A stretch of DNA of 64,000 nucleotides from Camelus dromedarius (taxonomy: Eukaryota). A model generated the notes under the pieces. It was not told the DNA's origin, did no database searches, and was given only the letters and a program-made list of their open reading frames with translations. This document shows positions 46,761 through 59,475 of this stretch, piece after piece (position 1 is the first letter of the stretch; each line of letters opens with the position of its first letter). The stretch is taken from contig NC_087443.1 of the NCBI RefSeq assembly GCF_036321535.1, forward strand, positions 68,076,001 to 68,140,000. The letters are read 5' to 3'. A program made the position numbers and the translations under genes.

Positions 46761-48699
46761 TAGCTGTTAGGATTTAGGAATATCCATTGCTCATGTACTA
46801 TAGTAGTGAACTGTGCTCATCACCGCTCTCTGTGGGTTTGAGTCCTGGCTACTCAGTAATCATGGGGCCTTGTAAATAGGTCTTCTTTTCCTCCATTCTG
46901 GTCTACTTCTCTCCCTGTTGGCATGTGGCAGGTGCTCAAAAGATTTGATTATTTAGATTAAATGATGCGATGGTGACCTCCTTCTCCTCTGCTAATAAAG
47001 AGTATCTTGCTGGCACCAGCTGGTAACTGGTAGTTACTGAACACGAGCAGGTAACTTGGTTCTGATTCTCATTTCTCACCTCACTTCACCTTACTGTTAG
47101 GATCTGAAGTCTCTTCTAACTGAACTTTTGTTGTGTGAACAGTGAGCTAAAGGTTCTATAATAGCGACATCGGCTCTGGAGTGCGTTATTGCAGGGCTGT
47201 GGTGGGGATGCTCTGGAGCGAGTGGCAGCCCGGGGAAGGGTGGGTCCGAGTTTTGGACCAGTTGTGTCACTTCCAAGCTGAGAGACGAGGGCAGTCTCTT
47301 CACCTCTTGGTCTTCAGTTGCCTTGGTTTTCTTACCTGTGAATGAAGATGTCTAAATGTCCTTTCCAAGGCCAAGGATTCATCAACCTATCACCCCACTA
47401 CCTTTGTGTGCTAGTGCTGTCTTCTTCACCTAATCAAGAAACGTCCAAATAGAGAGAGCCATTGTCAACCTACCCAAGGAAGCAAGAGACCAGGTGGAGA
47501 GACTAAAGCCCATTAAGCAGCTCGTCTCCATCCATGAGTACCACCCTTCCTCCCGCTTCCTCTCTTCTTCCTCACTTTCCTCTCTCTCCCCCTACCTCAG
47601 CCCTGCCATCCCTTTGCTTTCTTCTTCTAAATTCAAAACAGTGAGGAAAGTAACCTTCCAGCTCCACAAGACTCAGCACTCCCATTAGGACCTGTAGAAT
47701 CTGTCACTTCACCCCGGGACATTTCAAAATCAACTTGTATGCTTTGGCAAAAACCTGAAAAGGCCAGGTTATTGTCCATCTTGCAGTTTAGCTGTGCACA
47801 AGGGAGAAATATGCTTGTGCTCAATGAACAGCAACTATGGTAATTGTTGGTAAAAGAAACAACGGTCGCTGTTATTATGGGCCCAGTTGTTCAGAAGCAA
47901 CTCGTTCAGTGTGGTGGTTAGCACGCAAGACTCCTTTAAGCCTCCGAGCTCAGGATCCATTTAGTTTTACAAGTTAAGCCAAAGTCCTTTTTTTCCCCCA
48001 TAAGTGCCCTTTCTTATTCTTGGATAAAAAACAATAAACCATGAAATATCTCTATTGAAAAATGATATGACCCAGCCCACCCCGAGAATTCAGGGGTTAA
48101 AATGTGGTTTGAGGCTTAAAGGCCCATTAAGGTACGACTGGATTATGATGAGATCCTTCTGAATGGGAACTTTACTGCACTTTGACTTAGAAATATAATC
48201 TAGCTCCAGGTCTTCAACATACAGATGCCAAATACAGCTTTTGGAATACATTAGTGCTGATGAGGGCAGCAGCTTGGCATGGCCATTTGAAAATACCATT
48301 CCTTCAGTCTCTTCTTTCAGTGACCTAGAAAGAGAACCATTTCCCCATTTGGCACTGGGAGAAAATGGTAACCTAATTATCAACTAGGGAGGGTTATGAA
48401 ATTAATATATGACACAGGTAAATTGCACATGAATTTTCTTGGGACTCCACCAACTTGATTTTGAGATATACATCATAAGGTTTTGTTTTGTGCCAGCAGA
48501 AATGCTACATCATCAAGTTGAGTATTCACATTTCACACATGTGGAAACCAGGTGCCACAAGGGAACTGACTTGTCCAAGGTCACCCACTGGTAATGCCCT
48601 ACTCAAACTGGTGAGACTGGAGTTTGATGAATGTGAGGTTTAGTACTTTTCAGAAGGAAAGTTATGGACCAGAAGAGTTATTTATTTTTTTTCCCCCAG

Positions 48700-48926
48700 C
48701 AGTGAAAGACTGTGTTATAGTCAATTGGGAGTGATTGCAGACTCTGGAGTCATACCACCCTAGGTTTGAGGTTTAGCCTTGTCACTTACAACACTAGGTA
48801 ACTAGACTGACCCCTAATCTTTCTAAATTTTCATGTTTTTCACTGGTAAAATGGAAATGATGGGAATGAAACAGAGGCTGCCTCACGGGTAGTGATGAGG
48901 ATTCAATGAAACAGAGTAGGGAAGTG
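48700..48926 (+). mobile_element. MIRb SINE (apparently interrupted by the LTR that follows)
   Basis: 'tttagccttgtcacttacaac', 'tttcactggtaaaatggaaatg', 'gcctcacgggtagtgatgaggattcaatga'. Confidence 0.7.
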
Positions 48927-49377
48927 GAAAGAGCACAACCACTGAGTGAATGACACAGCACTGAGGACAGGACAGACTGGTTAGAACCAAGATGGTGGAC
49001 GATTCGACTTCCAGTGGACCTTGAGCCTCATTATATGCTCGTTGTAATATATTAGCATGCTAAATGACACACCCACAGGTGCCATGACAGTTCCCAGGCT
49101 GAGCATAAAAGATCAAAAAGTAAGTGGGGCCCAATTCCTGGAAATCCTGCCCCTCCCCTCAAATAGTTGGAATAACACTTCTACTCATTAGCATGTGGAA
49201 TCACCAAGCCCATAAAAACTAACAGCTCCACACCTCATGGTCACTCTCTTGCCTTCTGAGACAGCCTGCACTCTGTCTATGGAGTGTGTATCTCCCTGAA
49301 TAAACTTACTTTCCTTTTATTACGCCTCACTTTTGAATTCTTCCCTGTGTGAGACAAGAACCTAGTCTCTGATAACG
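48927..49377 (+). mobile_element. ERV1 solo LTR, MER41-like
   Basis: 'aaccaagatggtgg', 'ctcattatatgct...attagcatgctaaatgacacacccacaggtgccatgacag' follow the recalled MER41 U3; AATAAA at 49299; U5 'cttttgaattcttccctgtgtgagacaagaacc'. Ends approximate and TSD not resolved. Confidence 0.75.
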
Positions 49378-49869
49378 GCTTTGTATATAGCAAGTCATGT
49401 GACGAAGACACTTGATGAATCACTGTTAGTGTGCCTCTCAGCCACATCTTAACTAATTCAGGTTTCATAAATAGAGTCAGCAGTCTCAGAGAGAAATGAA
49501 TGTTCTATATTGTCATGTGCTCATGTTAGTCTCTGCATTGAATTTTTAGAGGTTAAAGTAGGACATGTGGGTTTACCCTGTATAGGGAGTTCACAGCGAA
49601 ATCCTCCAAAAGCAGCTCTCAACTGAGGCAAGATTGATGTTCATAATGGCCAGATGGGCATGTCAGAGAAATTACAGAATTTTTGAATATAAATGCCTGG
49701 CACACAGAAAGCAACCAACAAACGTCTGTTAAATTAAATTACATTGAACAAGGAGGTAGGGAGGTCTTGCCGCTAAATTTAACAGAATCTATGAAACACA
49801 TGATCCATTTAAACTTTCTAATCCCACGCAGCAGGAATGGCAAACACCGCTTTCATATCCTGTTCCCAG

Positions 49870-50040
49870 GGCAGACATCACTAATCCATCCTAGCACTCT
49901 TATTCCCCAACCTGATGTTTGTTTATATGTGTGACTCTCCCACAAGGCATGCGTCCTTGGAGAGTGCTGATGGATTCAGTTTCTTCTCTATCTCCCACAA
50001 ATCTCATAGAATAGATGCTTAATGTTTGCTGAATGGATGA
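49870..50040 (+). mobile_element. L2 3' end
   Basis: Ends 'tagatgcttaatgtttgctgaatggatga'. Confidence 0.5.
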
Positions 50041-51394
50041 GCTCAGAGGAGTTTACCAGGTTGCCCAAGGCCACACAGGAAGTTTGGCCCAAATTAAGTT
50101 TGACACCAGTAGAGAAAGAGACTTAGGAGTAGGCAGATGGAGATGAAAACACTATCTTTATTCCTCTCACAGGGAGGCTGGAGGATGTGACTTGGCTCTT
50201 AAGGCAAGCCAGCATCAGTGAACTGTCAAAGGGTGAAAGCCAGATAGAGACAGACTTACCCTCTCAGACACAGGCAAGCCTGAGGTCCAAAGCACGCCTC
50301 CACTTAGTGGCGCCCAAGGAGTAGAACCTAGCAGTTAAACGTGGAAGGACAGAGCTGAAGGGGAACGCTCTGCAAGCAGGTGGCTTGGAACAAAGGCAGG
50401 AGAAAGGGTGGAGCCACTCATGCTCTGACCGTCTCCCCCTTCCCCCTCCAGCTGAGTAGCTCTTCCTCCCACGTAGGTGACAAGACTGAAGGAGGCCAGT
50501 ATTGGTACCTGATGCCAAGGGGTTTCCCTGAAACATGAGGAGACTATCAGTGTTCCCCTAATAATAAGCCTGGACAATAAATTGAATGCTCACCTGAGGG
50601 ATTTAGCCCGGTACCAGTGGCACAGTGAGTAGCTACTAATGTGAGCTCCCTGGCCACACATTATACACATTACTGCTCTGGAATTCTTACAAGAGGATTC
50701 AGAAAGCCTGCTACTGCTTAGAAGAAAATTAAGAGCTTCCAATATTGCTGGGTCCACTCAGTGTCTCATCTTTATTTTCTCCCCCCACTTCATCATCTAC
50801 AAGAAAAGGTAAAGCACATTTTTGAGGAGCTGGACTCCCAGCGAGCATGGTGACGCCTCAGCACGTGGAGCAGAAATTGACTTGGGCGGCCCAACGCAGC
50901 CCGATCAATGGGCACAGCCATGTTGGCTGCTCGTCACCTCGCGGGGCTGGATCGGCTCTCCGCCGCGGGCTGCAGGGGCCCAGGGTGGGATTGTTCTCTG
51001 CTCCGCAGCGGTGTCAAAGCCGTCATCTACCGCATGGGGAGCTGTCCCTTTGGGTCACCAAGGGCAAAGCAGTTCAGACCAGTGGAACATAAGGGGATGT
51101 CAGAAATACATATTGATCCTGGAAATCATGTTAAGAAGGGGAGTGTGTTGGACACCTTCTCAAAATGGCTCAGTGTGGGACCTCTCCCATCTGATATCTA
51201 TATAATCACACCCAAGCACCAGTTACCTGCAACTCACAGATTGTGAGGGCACCATGGTTCTTATCACCGGCCTGCACTTACTTCAGCTGAGTGCAGTGAA
51301 TCTGAGCTCAGAAGCTGCTGTGCTCTGAAACCCATCACCACGTTTGTGCTAACGCTATGATTCCCATCGACTGCTCTCAGCCTGTGATACACAC

Positions 51395-51745
51395 AGGGAT
51401 GTTAAGGCAGGTGTGTTCTAGGGAATTAGGACTCCTTTGATGGGAGACTTTAGCTGGAGGATTTTTCAGTGGCCTTGCCAAATTGTCCTTGGACTATATA
51501 GCAATCTCAGATGCTACCACCCAAGCGTCCTTCCTTCCTGTCGTCCTCCCTCCCTCTCTCCCTTCCTTCCTTCCTTACTGCCCTCTCTTCTATACTTGGG
51601 GTCAGGTTTCCATGGTGGTTTGACAGCTCTCCTAATCTGTCCTAGCTTCCTCCCCATTTTCTCTCTTGGACAGTTCCTCTGATAATTTCTTGCAGTTTAA
51701 TTCTATCTTGGTGTCTGCTTCTCAGAGGACCTAGGCTGACACACC
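51395..51745 (+). mobile_element. ERVL-group solo LTR
   Basis: 3' end 'ttctatcttggtgtctgcttctcagaggacctaggctgacaca' is typical of ERVL LTRs. Confidence 0.6.
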
Positions 51746-51749
51746 ATCT

Positions 51750-52140
51750 GAAGACTTGACTTGGCTAGGTTTCAGAAGTGGTTCTTTCACAGTTCTGGCA
51801 GCTGAATCTGGCTGTTGTTTGAGACCTGAGCTGGGGCTGTTGATGGGAGTACCTGTGACGACATCTCTGTGTGACCTGAGCTTCCTCACAGCATGGTGGC
51901 CTCAGGGTAATCAGGGCTCCAAAAGCCAAAGCCCCAGTGGACAAAGAGGAAACTGCATTGTCTTTCTGACGTAGCCTCAGAAGTCATGCAGCATCACTTC
52001 TGTTGCTTTCTATCAGTTACAAGTGAGTCACAGTTCTGCCCAGGTTCAAGGGAAGACGTAGACTCCACCTCTTGATGGGAGGTGTGTCAAGGGTTACATC
52101 ACAGAACAGCACACGGGATAGAAGATGTTGTTGGAAAAGA
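51750..52140 (-). mobile_element. Old MaLR LTR (MLT1F-L group)
   Basis: 'gagcttcctcacagcatggtggcctcaggg', 'gcctcagaagtcatgcagcatcacttctg', 'gactccacctcttgatggga'. Confidence 0.65.
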
Positions 52141-52184
52141 CAATCTGATATACTAGACAAAGGGTTATTAGTCGAGGCAAGGAG

Positions 52185-52670
52185 ATTATTCTAGTTATCT
52201 ATTTCTGGGTGACAAATCATCCCAAAACCCATGGCTGGAAACGATTCTTTTACTCTGATTACCCCTAACCTTTTGGGAGGTTCATAGTGCTCAGCTAACA
52301 TCTGACATCTTTGTGCCTTTGCAGTCGCTGGGCTGGAGTCATCTGGGAAGGAAGGCTGCCTCCTGTACATGTGTAGTGGGGCATTCTGAGGGCCAGCTGA
52401 CCCTCAGCTGGGGAAATCAGCCGAAGCACCTACAGATGGCCTCTCCAGGTGGCCCCGGCTTCCTCACAGCATGGCAGCAGGGCTCCAAAAGCAAACATCT
52501 TAGAGAACCTGTAGAAACTGGTTCCCCTCTTAAAAGCTAGTCTTGGAAGTCACATGGCATCACTTCACCATGTTCTATTCATTAGAAGCAAGTCGGTGAA
52601 GCCAGCCCGTATTCAGGGGAGAGGATCCAGACTCCACCTCTCGATGGGATGGGGATGTGCTTTAACCCAC
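52185..52670 (-). mobile_element. Old MaLR LTR (MLT1H/I-like)
   Basis: 'gttatctatttctgggtgacaaatcatcccaaaac', 'gcttcctcacagcatggcagc', 'gactccacctctcgatggga'. Confidence 0.7.
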
Positions 52671-54205
52671 CACAAGGAGTGTCGCATTAGCCATTTGCAA
52701 GGAGTCCTGTGGTTCAAGCCTGTGGCGGATAGACATCCTGAAGTCCCATGTTTGCATGCTGACATACTTTTAGAAGAACCATGGAGGGGTGATGAGTTCA
52801 GATGGCAATCAAAGATGGCCTTGTTCCCAGCCAGCTTGTCCCTTGCAAGGTTGCTGGTGGGTTTGTTTTACTTGTGCCCCAAACCTCAGCCATATGGATA
52901 GTTGGTAGACGACGTGGGATTTGAACACTTGTCTCTTTCTCACTCTCATTCTGGATCTCTTTTCATTGTGCGGGGTTAACTGAGCTCTAGGCTTCTCATT
53001 CATTTCATTTTCCCAGTCTTTTCCAGAGAGAAACACCAGGCTGGATCCTAAATTACTCTAGGTACCAAGACTGATAATCCCAAGTGCCACTGACTTTTCT
53101 CTTCTCCCTGTTAAAGCTGGCAGTGTCTTACCACTGACTATGAGTGTATATATATTTAAAACTCACAGCAGCTCCTTTGCTGCTATCTGTTTTCGTTTTG
53201 CCTTTCCACCCCTCAGTTCACACATGAAGTTTTTTTATTTAAGTTAAGAGAGTGAAGTTAAATCACTGACATCTGCCACTCAATCTCACTCAGCATACTT
53301 GTTCCCTGGATTCTTCTCGATAGAACTTAAGACTCTTTGTTATTCCTAGTTTTTACTTTCTTTCCTTTCTGGGTAGCAGGGAGGTGAGGGACAGTAATGA
53401 GAGAGAAAGCAGTCAATTTAGCAGTTCCACCAAAAGTTTCACTTTTCACTAGTGGTGATAACTACTTTTATTTTTCATGTGGTGTGACAAAGACGAAGGT
53501 AATTACTAAGGTAAAACATATTAATGACATCAAGACTGTATTACTTGACTAACATCAAGACAAACTCTGAGGACAGAATTATCTATTTATTAATAAAATT
53601 AAATTGAATTAATAATTATGTTTTTACACCTTCCTCTTCTAAAAGATCACATCCTAACAAACCAAGTCTGGAATAATCTTTAATTTCACAACTGGGGGCA
53701 CATGAATTCCATTTTTGCAGCAGGGCTGTTGTTAGACATTCAAAGGCTGACTCTTCAGCATTAGCAGATGTCATTCCAGGGGAAAAGAAGAGAAAATTGT
53801 CATTGTTTCTTTTCAGTTGTGACAATAGTTCACATTATGTTAAATGCTAAACAGGTAATCACTGTTACAAATAAGCTAATAGCAAATCTGCAGAAAGTCT
53901 GGCAGTTGTTATTCTGAAGCCTTTTAATGCTTTCTATTTTTTTTTTTTTGACTAAGGTACTTATTTTCTGTGATGCATATTTGTTGGTCCATTAGAGTTT
54001 CCATATGCCTATGAGGTTGCATTTGACAAAGAAGGTCACTAAGCACTCTCTTATTGGGTTCTCTGGGTTGTTATATGACACCCCATTAGGGTTCTTGCCA
54101 TCTCCATTGTTTCTAGTCATGCCAGCTTTCCAGTGTTTTCATGCTGTTCCTCTGGGCTGACATCCCCAGGTATCAGGAGTTGTTCTTTCAAAATACAAGG
54201 CAGAA

Positions 54206-54932
54206 AATAGAACTACTATATGATCCAGCAATTCCACTTCTGGGGATATAGCCAAAGAAAACAAAAACACTAATTCAAAAAGGTCCATCACCCCAATATT
54301 CATAGCAGCACTAGTTATAACAGGCANNNNNNNNNNNNNNNNNNNNNNNNNNNNNNNNNNNNNNNNNNNNNNNNNNNNNNNNNNNNNNNNNNNNNNNNNN
54401 NNNNNNNNNNNNNNNNNNNNNNNNNNNNNNNNNNNNNNNNNNNNNNNNNNNNNNNNNNNNNNNNNNNNNNNNNNNNNNNNNNNNNNNNNNNNNNNNNNNN
54501 NNNNNNNNNNNNNNNNNNNNNNNNNNNNNNNNNNNNNNNNNNNNNNNNNNNNNNNNNNNNNNNNTATGATGCTAAGTGAAATAAGTCAGACAGAGAAAGA
54601 CAAATATCCTGTTATCACTTATGTGTGGAATCTCAAAAATAAAATAAATGAATGTATATAAGAAAACAAGCAGACTCACAGATATAGAGAACAAGCTAGT
54701 GGTTCCAGAGGGTAGAGGGAAGTGGGGAGGGGCAACATGGGGATATGAGATTAAGAGATACAGACTACCATGTATAAAGTAAATAAGCAACAAGGATATA
54801 TTGTATAGCACAGGAGAATCGAACCATTATGTTGTAATAACTTTAAATGAAGTATAGTCTATAAAAATATTGAATCACTATGTTGGACAACTGAAACTAG
54901 TATATTATAGATCAACTATACATGGACTAAAA
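54206..54932 (+). mobile_element. 5'-truncated L1 with perfect 16-bp target-site duplication
   Basis: TSD aaaatacaaggcagaa at 54190-54205 and 54933-54948; TC/AAAA endonuclease-like site; ORF2 end 'tatgatccagcaattccacttctggg' plus 3' UTR. Confidence 0.95.
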
Positions 54933-56774
54933 AAAATACAAGGCAGAACTTGGAGCAAGGGGCAAGCTCCATAGGTAGCTCTGAGCCACTCTGTTGATTC
55001 AGGACCCTGAGTGAACATCATTGGAAAGATGGTGAAAAAGATCGACTTTGGAAATCTCAGCATTTCCAGGGGGCACAAAGCCACCCCTTCATTTTCCTCA
55101 AGAGATGTTAAGAGAGTTTCTTTGGGAAGCACAGAAAGAAAATGGCAAAGCTGAGACCAGAACCCCGGCTTACAGGACCCAGGACCTGACCTCGCCCCTG
55201 TGCTCAGTTCTGTGTTTGTGGCTAGAATCCAACTGGGCTGGTTCTGTTGTGCTGAGACCCGGGATGGGAAGCAAGGCTGGGGCATTCTTCTCCAGGCTTC
55301 TAGGCGTGAAGTGGAAGAAGAAACACAAAGAAAAGAAAGAAGCAAGAGAATCCCACTGCCTCACACGGTTTTCATCCCCAGGATGAGTTAGAAAACAGTC
55401 TGTTACTGACACTCAAGGCAGAACTGAAAAGTTGTGGAGTTTGCTTGGAGATTCCATCGCGAGGTTTATTATTCTGTAGGATGATGAGCAGCCTGCCTGT
55501 GCCTGCTGGTCTGAACTCTGGGCTCATGGAAATGCCTAAGGAAGAGGGGGGTGGTTTAGAGTAAAGCACAGTCTTTGAAAGACATAAAAACGAATAGAGG
55601 CCACCGTGGGGGCCTCGGCTCACTGGCCTTCACATGGAAGGTTGTCCTTTCCTGCTGCCTGCAACAGCAAATTGTTCTTCCCAGCCAGCTCCAAGCGCCT
55701 TGTTTTAAAGGTTTAAAAATAGAATGATAAGGTCTTGTAGAGCTGTGATGAGGCATGGTCCACCCTGTACACTTGCCTTGAGTTGTGTCTGACCGTGCAA
55801 CATCACTGCTCACAATGAGCCTCAGATGCCCTCTGGATGCAGTGCCCACGCTGATGTGTGACATGCAAGTCTCTTCCAGATGTCGCAGAACTCCCTGCAG
55901 ACCTTCAGCCTCATCTTTCATCGCCTTCCTGGTTCCGCTGTGCCCAGCTTGAGTCGCGCTGCCCTCCTGGCTGACTCACTCATGCCTTCTCCCTGGCGGG
56001 CTCTCTGCTGAGATGCCTGCCCTCCTGCCGGATTCAGCGGATTCAGCGACTGAAACTCATTCTTCATGACAAAACTAGGGCCACCTCCCCTGGAAGGCAT
56101 CTCTGATAAGGCCCTCCCTCCCTGCAGGGATGAAAGGGTCAAAGGAGAATCCAGAAATTCTCAGACTTGCAAAGTTAAAGGATGTCTCTCCAGCCAGCAA
56201 AATCTTTTCAAATGAGGACACAACTTCAGGAAAAATACCAGAGTGACAAAGTGACAGCCTGGCCATCATGCACTTGTTCTAAACTGATTGGTTAAATGTT
56301 CCTCCTTCAAGTCCTTGCATTTGCACACATATTTCAGGTTAAAGAGTCCCAAGGGAGTCCCACAAAGGCCTGTTCAGTTCAAATCATCTGTAATTAAGTC
56401 TAAAGAAAGAAGCAAGTCTGGAAAAAGATTGTGAGTCTGCTATTGGCCCACAGAGCTTCCTGGAGTCAAACTGGTTAAGCAAACCAAAAATACCTAACAG
56501 AGTTTCTGAGAGAGCTGAATGGCCCAAAGAACCACCAGCCTGGACTAAAAGAGCCAGTGATTATTCAAGATGTCAAACAACCCTTGGATCTCTACAGTTT
56601 ATGGGATGGAAGCGTGCTGTGAAAGCTTCTCAGCCCCCAAGATGGGCATATTCTCCAGTGGAGGGTAATGAAAAAGGAAGGTTTCCCAGAGAGTCTGGCA
56701 GGAGCCATGGAGAGGAACAGACTGGGCAGCTGCTCCCAGAAATCTAACACACACACACAAAACTGGCTCAAGCA

Positions 56775-57098
56775 ATTGTGAGCCTTAGCAAGACCAACGT
56801 GTGCAGGGTAGACCAGCAGGTTGGAGACCCAGGGAGGAGTTGTTGTTCAAGTCCAAAGGCAGTCTACTGGCAGAATTCTTTCTTGCTTGGGAGAGGTCAG
56901 TCTTTGTTCTGTTAAGGCCTTCAGCTGCTTGGATGAGGCCCACCTGTGTTATGAAAGGTAATTTGCTTTACTCAAAGTCCACTGATTTAAGTATCAGGCT
57001 CATCCAGAAACACTTTCTCAGAGATACCCAGAATATGTTTGACCAAATATATGGGCATCATGGCCCAGCCAGGTTGACACATCAGATTAACCATCACA
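56775..57098 (-). mobile_element. MLT2 (ERVL) LTR
   Basis: Ends 'ggttgacacatcagattaaccatcaca', the reverse complement of the MLT2 start; 'ggatgaggcccacc...tactcaaagtccactgattt'. Confidence 0.85.
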
Positions 57099-57179
57099 AC
57101 CCCTCACTGACTGCTGGGTGTTTCCCATTCTTCCCGGTCCATCTGGGAGTGTTTGTTGTAGCTATTTTATCCCTGTATT

Positions 57180-57810
57180 GCATGTGTGTGTGTAGATAAA
57201 GGGGTGCCAGTAATTTAGCTTTTAGTTCATAGTTCTCCACAGCAAGAAGAGCCACATCTAAATCTGATATAGATCATGAGGTCCTTGGCTTTTAAGCTTG
57301 ATTGAGTGAGGCTTTTGGACTGTTTTAAGGAGGGGAGGTGGGAAAGTAAGTATTTGTGACCAAGAGGGCAGACTGTAGTAGATTGGATGATGGTCCTCAA
57401 CTATATTCACTCTCTCCCACTCTCTACATCCTATATTCCTGTCTCTACAATAAATCTTTATATTAAAAAAAAATGGCCTTGGTCCTGGCCATTTGACTTG
57501 CTTTGATCAATGAATATGCACAGAAGTGACAGTGTGTGAGTTCTGAGCAGAGACTTTAAAAGACATCACATGTTTTCACTTGTCTCTTTGAGCTTTTGTT
57601 CACCATGCAGACATGAGGCTTCTCCCACCTGGGTCACTGAATGAGAAGACGCCAGTTGCTGAGCTAAGCTAATGGCAGCAAAGCCCAGCAGAGCTTAGTA
57701 GAGCCACAGCTAATCTACAGAACTTACTCTCCCTAAACAAGGAATAAATGTTGCTTGAGTCATTGTGATACTGGAGATGTTTGTTACTGCAGCAAAAGCT
57801 GACACATACA
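57180..57810 (+). mobile_element. MaLR internal 3' end plus 3' LTR (MLT1-int + MLT1H/G-like LTR)
   Basis: Internal 'gatatagatcatgaggtcc', junction 'gaccaagagggcagac|tgtagtagattg' (LTR from 57374); ends 'gcagcaaaagctgacacataca'. Confidence 0.7.
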
Positions 57811-59299
57811 ATCAATGTAGCTCACTAATGTGATCAAGTGAATGAATTTTCCTCTCCAAATGGGAAAGTTTTGAGTTAGAATTATGCAGATACTATCCCA
57901 ATTCCTCACCCTATTTTGTTCTTATTCAAAGGGCAAATATTTTAAAGACATATTATAAGTTTAAAATATATTACGAAATTTTGGACAACATTGTAAACTC
58001 TGGGAATGTACCACGGATGGCTCAAAGAGTTCAGTGTTGAAGGGACAGAAACAGTCCATGGCGATCAAGCTACAAAAGATTCCCAAGCGCAAGCAGCATC
58101 ACAAATTGAGTCGCCCTGATGTCAAAAGTGTCAGGTGACTCAGGAGGACCTGCACAGGGAAGTCTCTACTTCCTCTGGTGCTTCTTCACTCCTCTTTTAG
58201 CTGGAGTTTGGGCTTGATAAAAAGGAAAAGAATTTGAGGTTTCTCTTCTTAACTGTGTCAACAAATTCCAAAAGGCATCTTCAATTAAAAATAAAACTTG
58301 AGAAAGCACAACCCAAGCCTAAATCACTTGGGTAACTTTTGTTTTCTGGAAGAGATAGAAAGTCTTAAATCCCATTCATTTTTTCCTATTCTTTTCTCTC
58401 CAGCTCTTTGCTTAGTTTGGACTGGGAAACTAAACTAGTCATTTTCAGTTCTGATTCCGAGGCCCAATTTCTCCATAATTGAGTTTAAGTTTCCAGCTCT
58501 GTGGGAGGATATAAAATTATTTTTGCTATTATAACTTGGGTTGAGTTTTTGAAAATGAGAACATGCATTCTGAGCAACAAAAGACTCAAATTCACAAATG
58601 CAAGAAGTGACCTTGTACATACAATCATGATGCTGGATCTTATGCAATCCATCTGGATATTTTAAGAGCAGGGCAGACCAATGAATGTTCATGTAAAAGG
58701 TTAGAGAACTAGGTTAAAGAAAAAAAAGGTATCCTTCTCATCAATGTGACTCATCCACCCCCCCAGGACTAGCAAAATGACTCAGACTTTTAAGTAGGCG
58801 ACAATTCTTATAGAAAAATATGACCTAGCGGTTTTCATCAGGCCTCCTCAGTTGGCTGGTTGTCACCGTTTTTGATTCTCCTGTGCCCCCGAGGAATTTG
58901 GGGTATTTTGGTAGGGTATTTTGGGCCTTTTCACAGAGTGCTCCAAAGGGCCCTGCTGACAGTTCACAAGTAACCCTCTGAAGGTCTAGATTCCAACCAT
59001 CATCATCACAAAGGCGGTGGTTGAAAGAGCTGAAGGAAATTTCTGATTAAACTACCAGGAGAAATTAAGCCCCAAGGTCATGTTCACAAGCCGACAGGGT
59101 CTGCTTGGAGCAGACCTTACTCAGATCCAGAGTCAGAGTCCCTCTGAAGCCGGGATTGGCTCCAAGAGCACAAGCCCGGTTCCCAGGCCCTGTGGCCGTG
59201 CCCTTTGTCTCTGTTCGTCTATCTGGAAACTGGAGGCATTGGTTTGCAGAAAGAGACCATCAGGAGGCTGGGATTCATATCAGCTTTGCCCAGGCCAGC

Positions 59300-59475
59300 G
59301 GGGGTCACTTCAGGCTGATTTCTCTGGGGTTCGTGTTCTTCATCAGCTGAATGGGGATGATCCTATCTGCCTCCTTTGTTGGGTTATAGTCACAAACAGT
59401 AAGATCTTGTGCTTGGAGCCTTTGGAATGTTAGGACACACAAAGGTACTCAGAATTTCAGCTATTATGTTATTGA
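59300..59475 (+). mobile_element. MIR 3' half
   Basis: 'tcttcatcagctgaatggggatgatcctatctgcc...ttcagctattatgttatt'. Confidence 0.6.

Noticed and set aside
50297-50315. CTCF-like string ccacttagtggcgc (also ctcctagagggggc near 26236)
   Set aside because: Mismatches fall in the invariant core positions of the CTCF motif.
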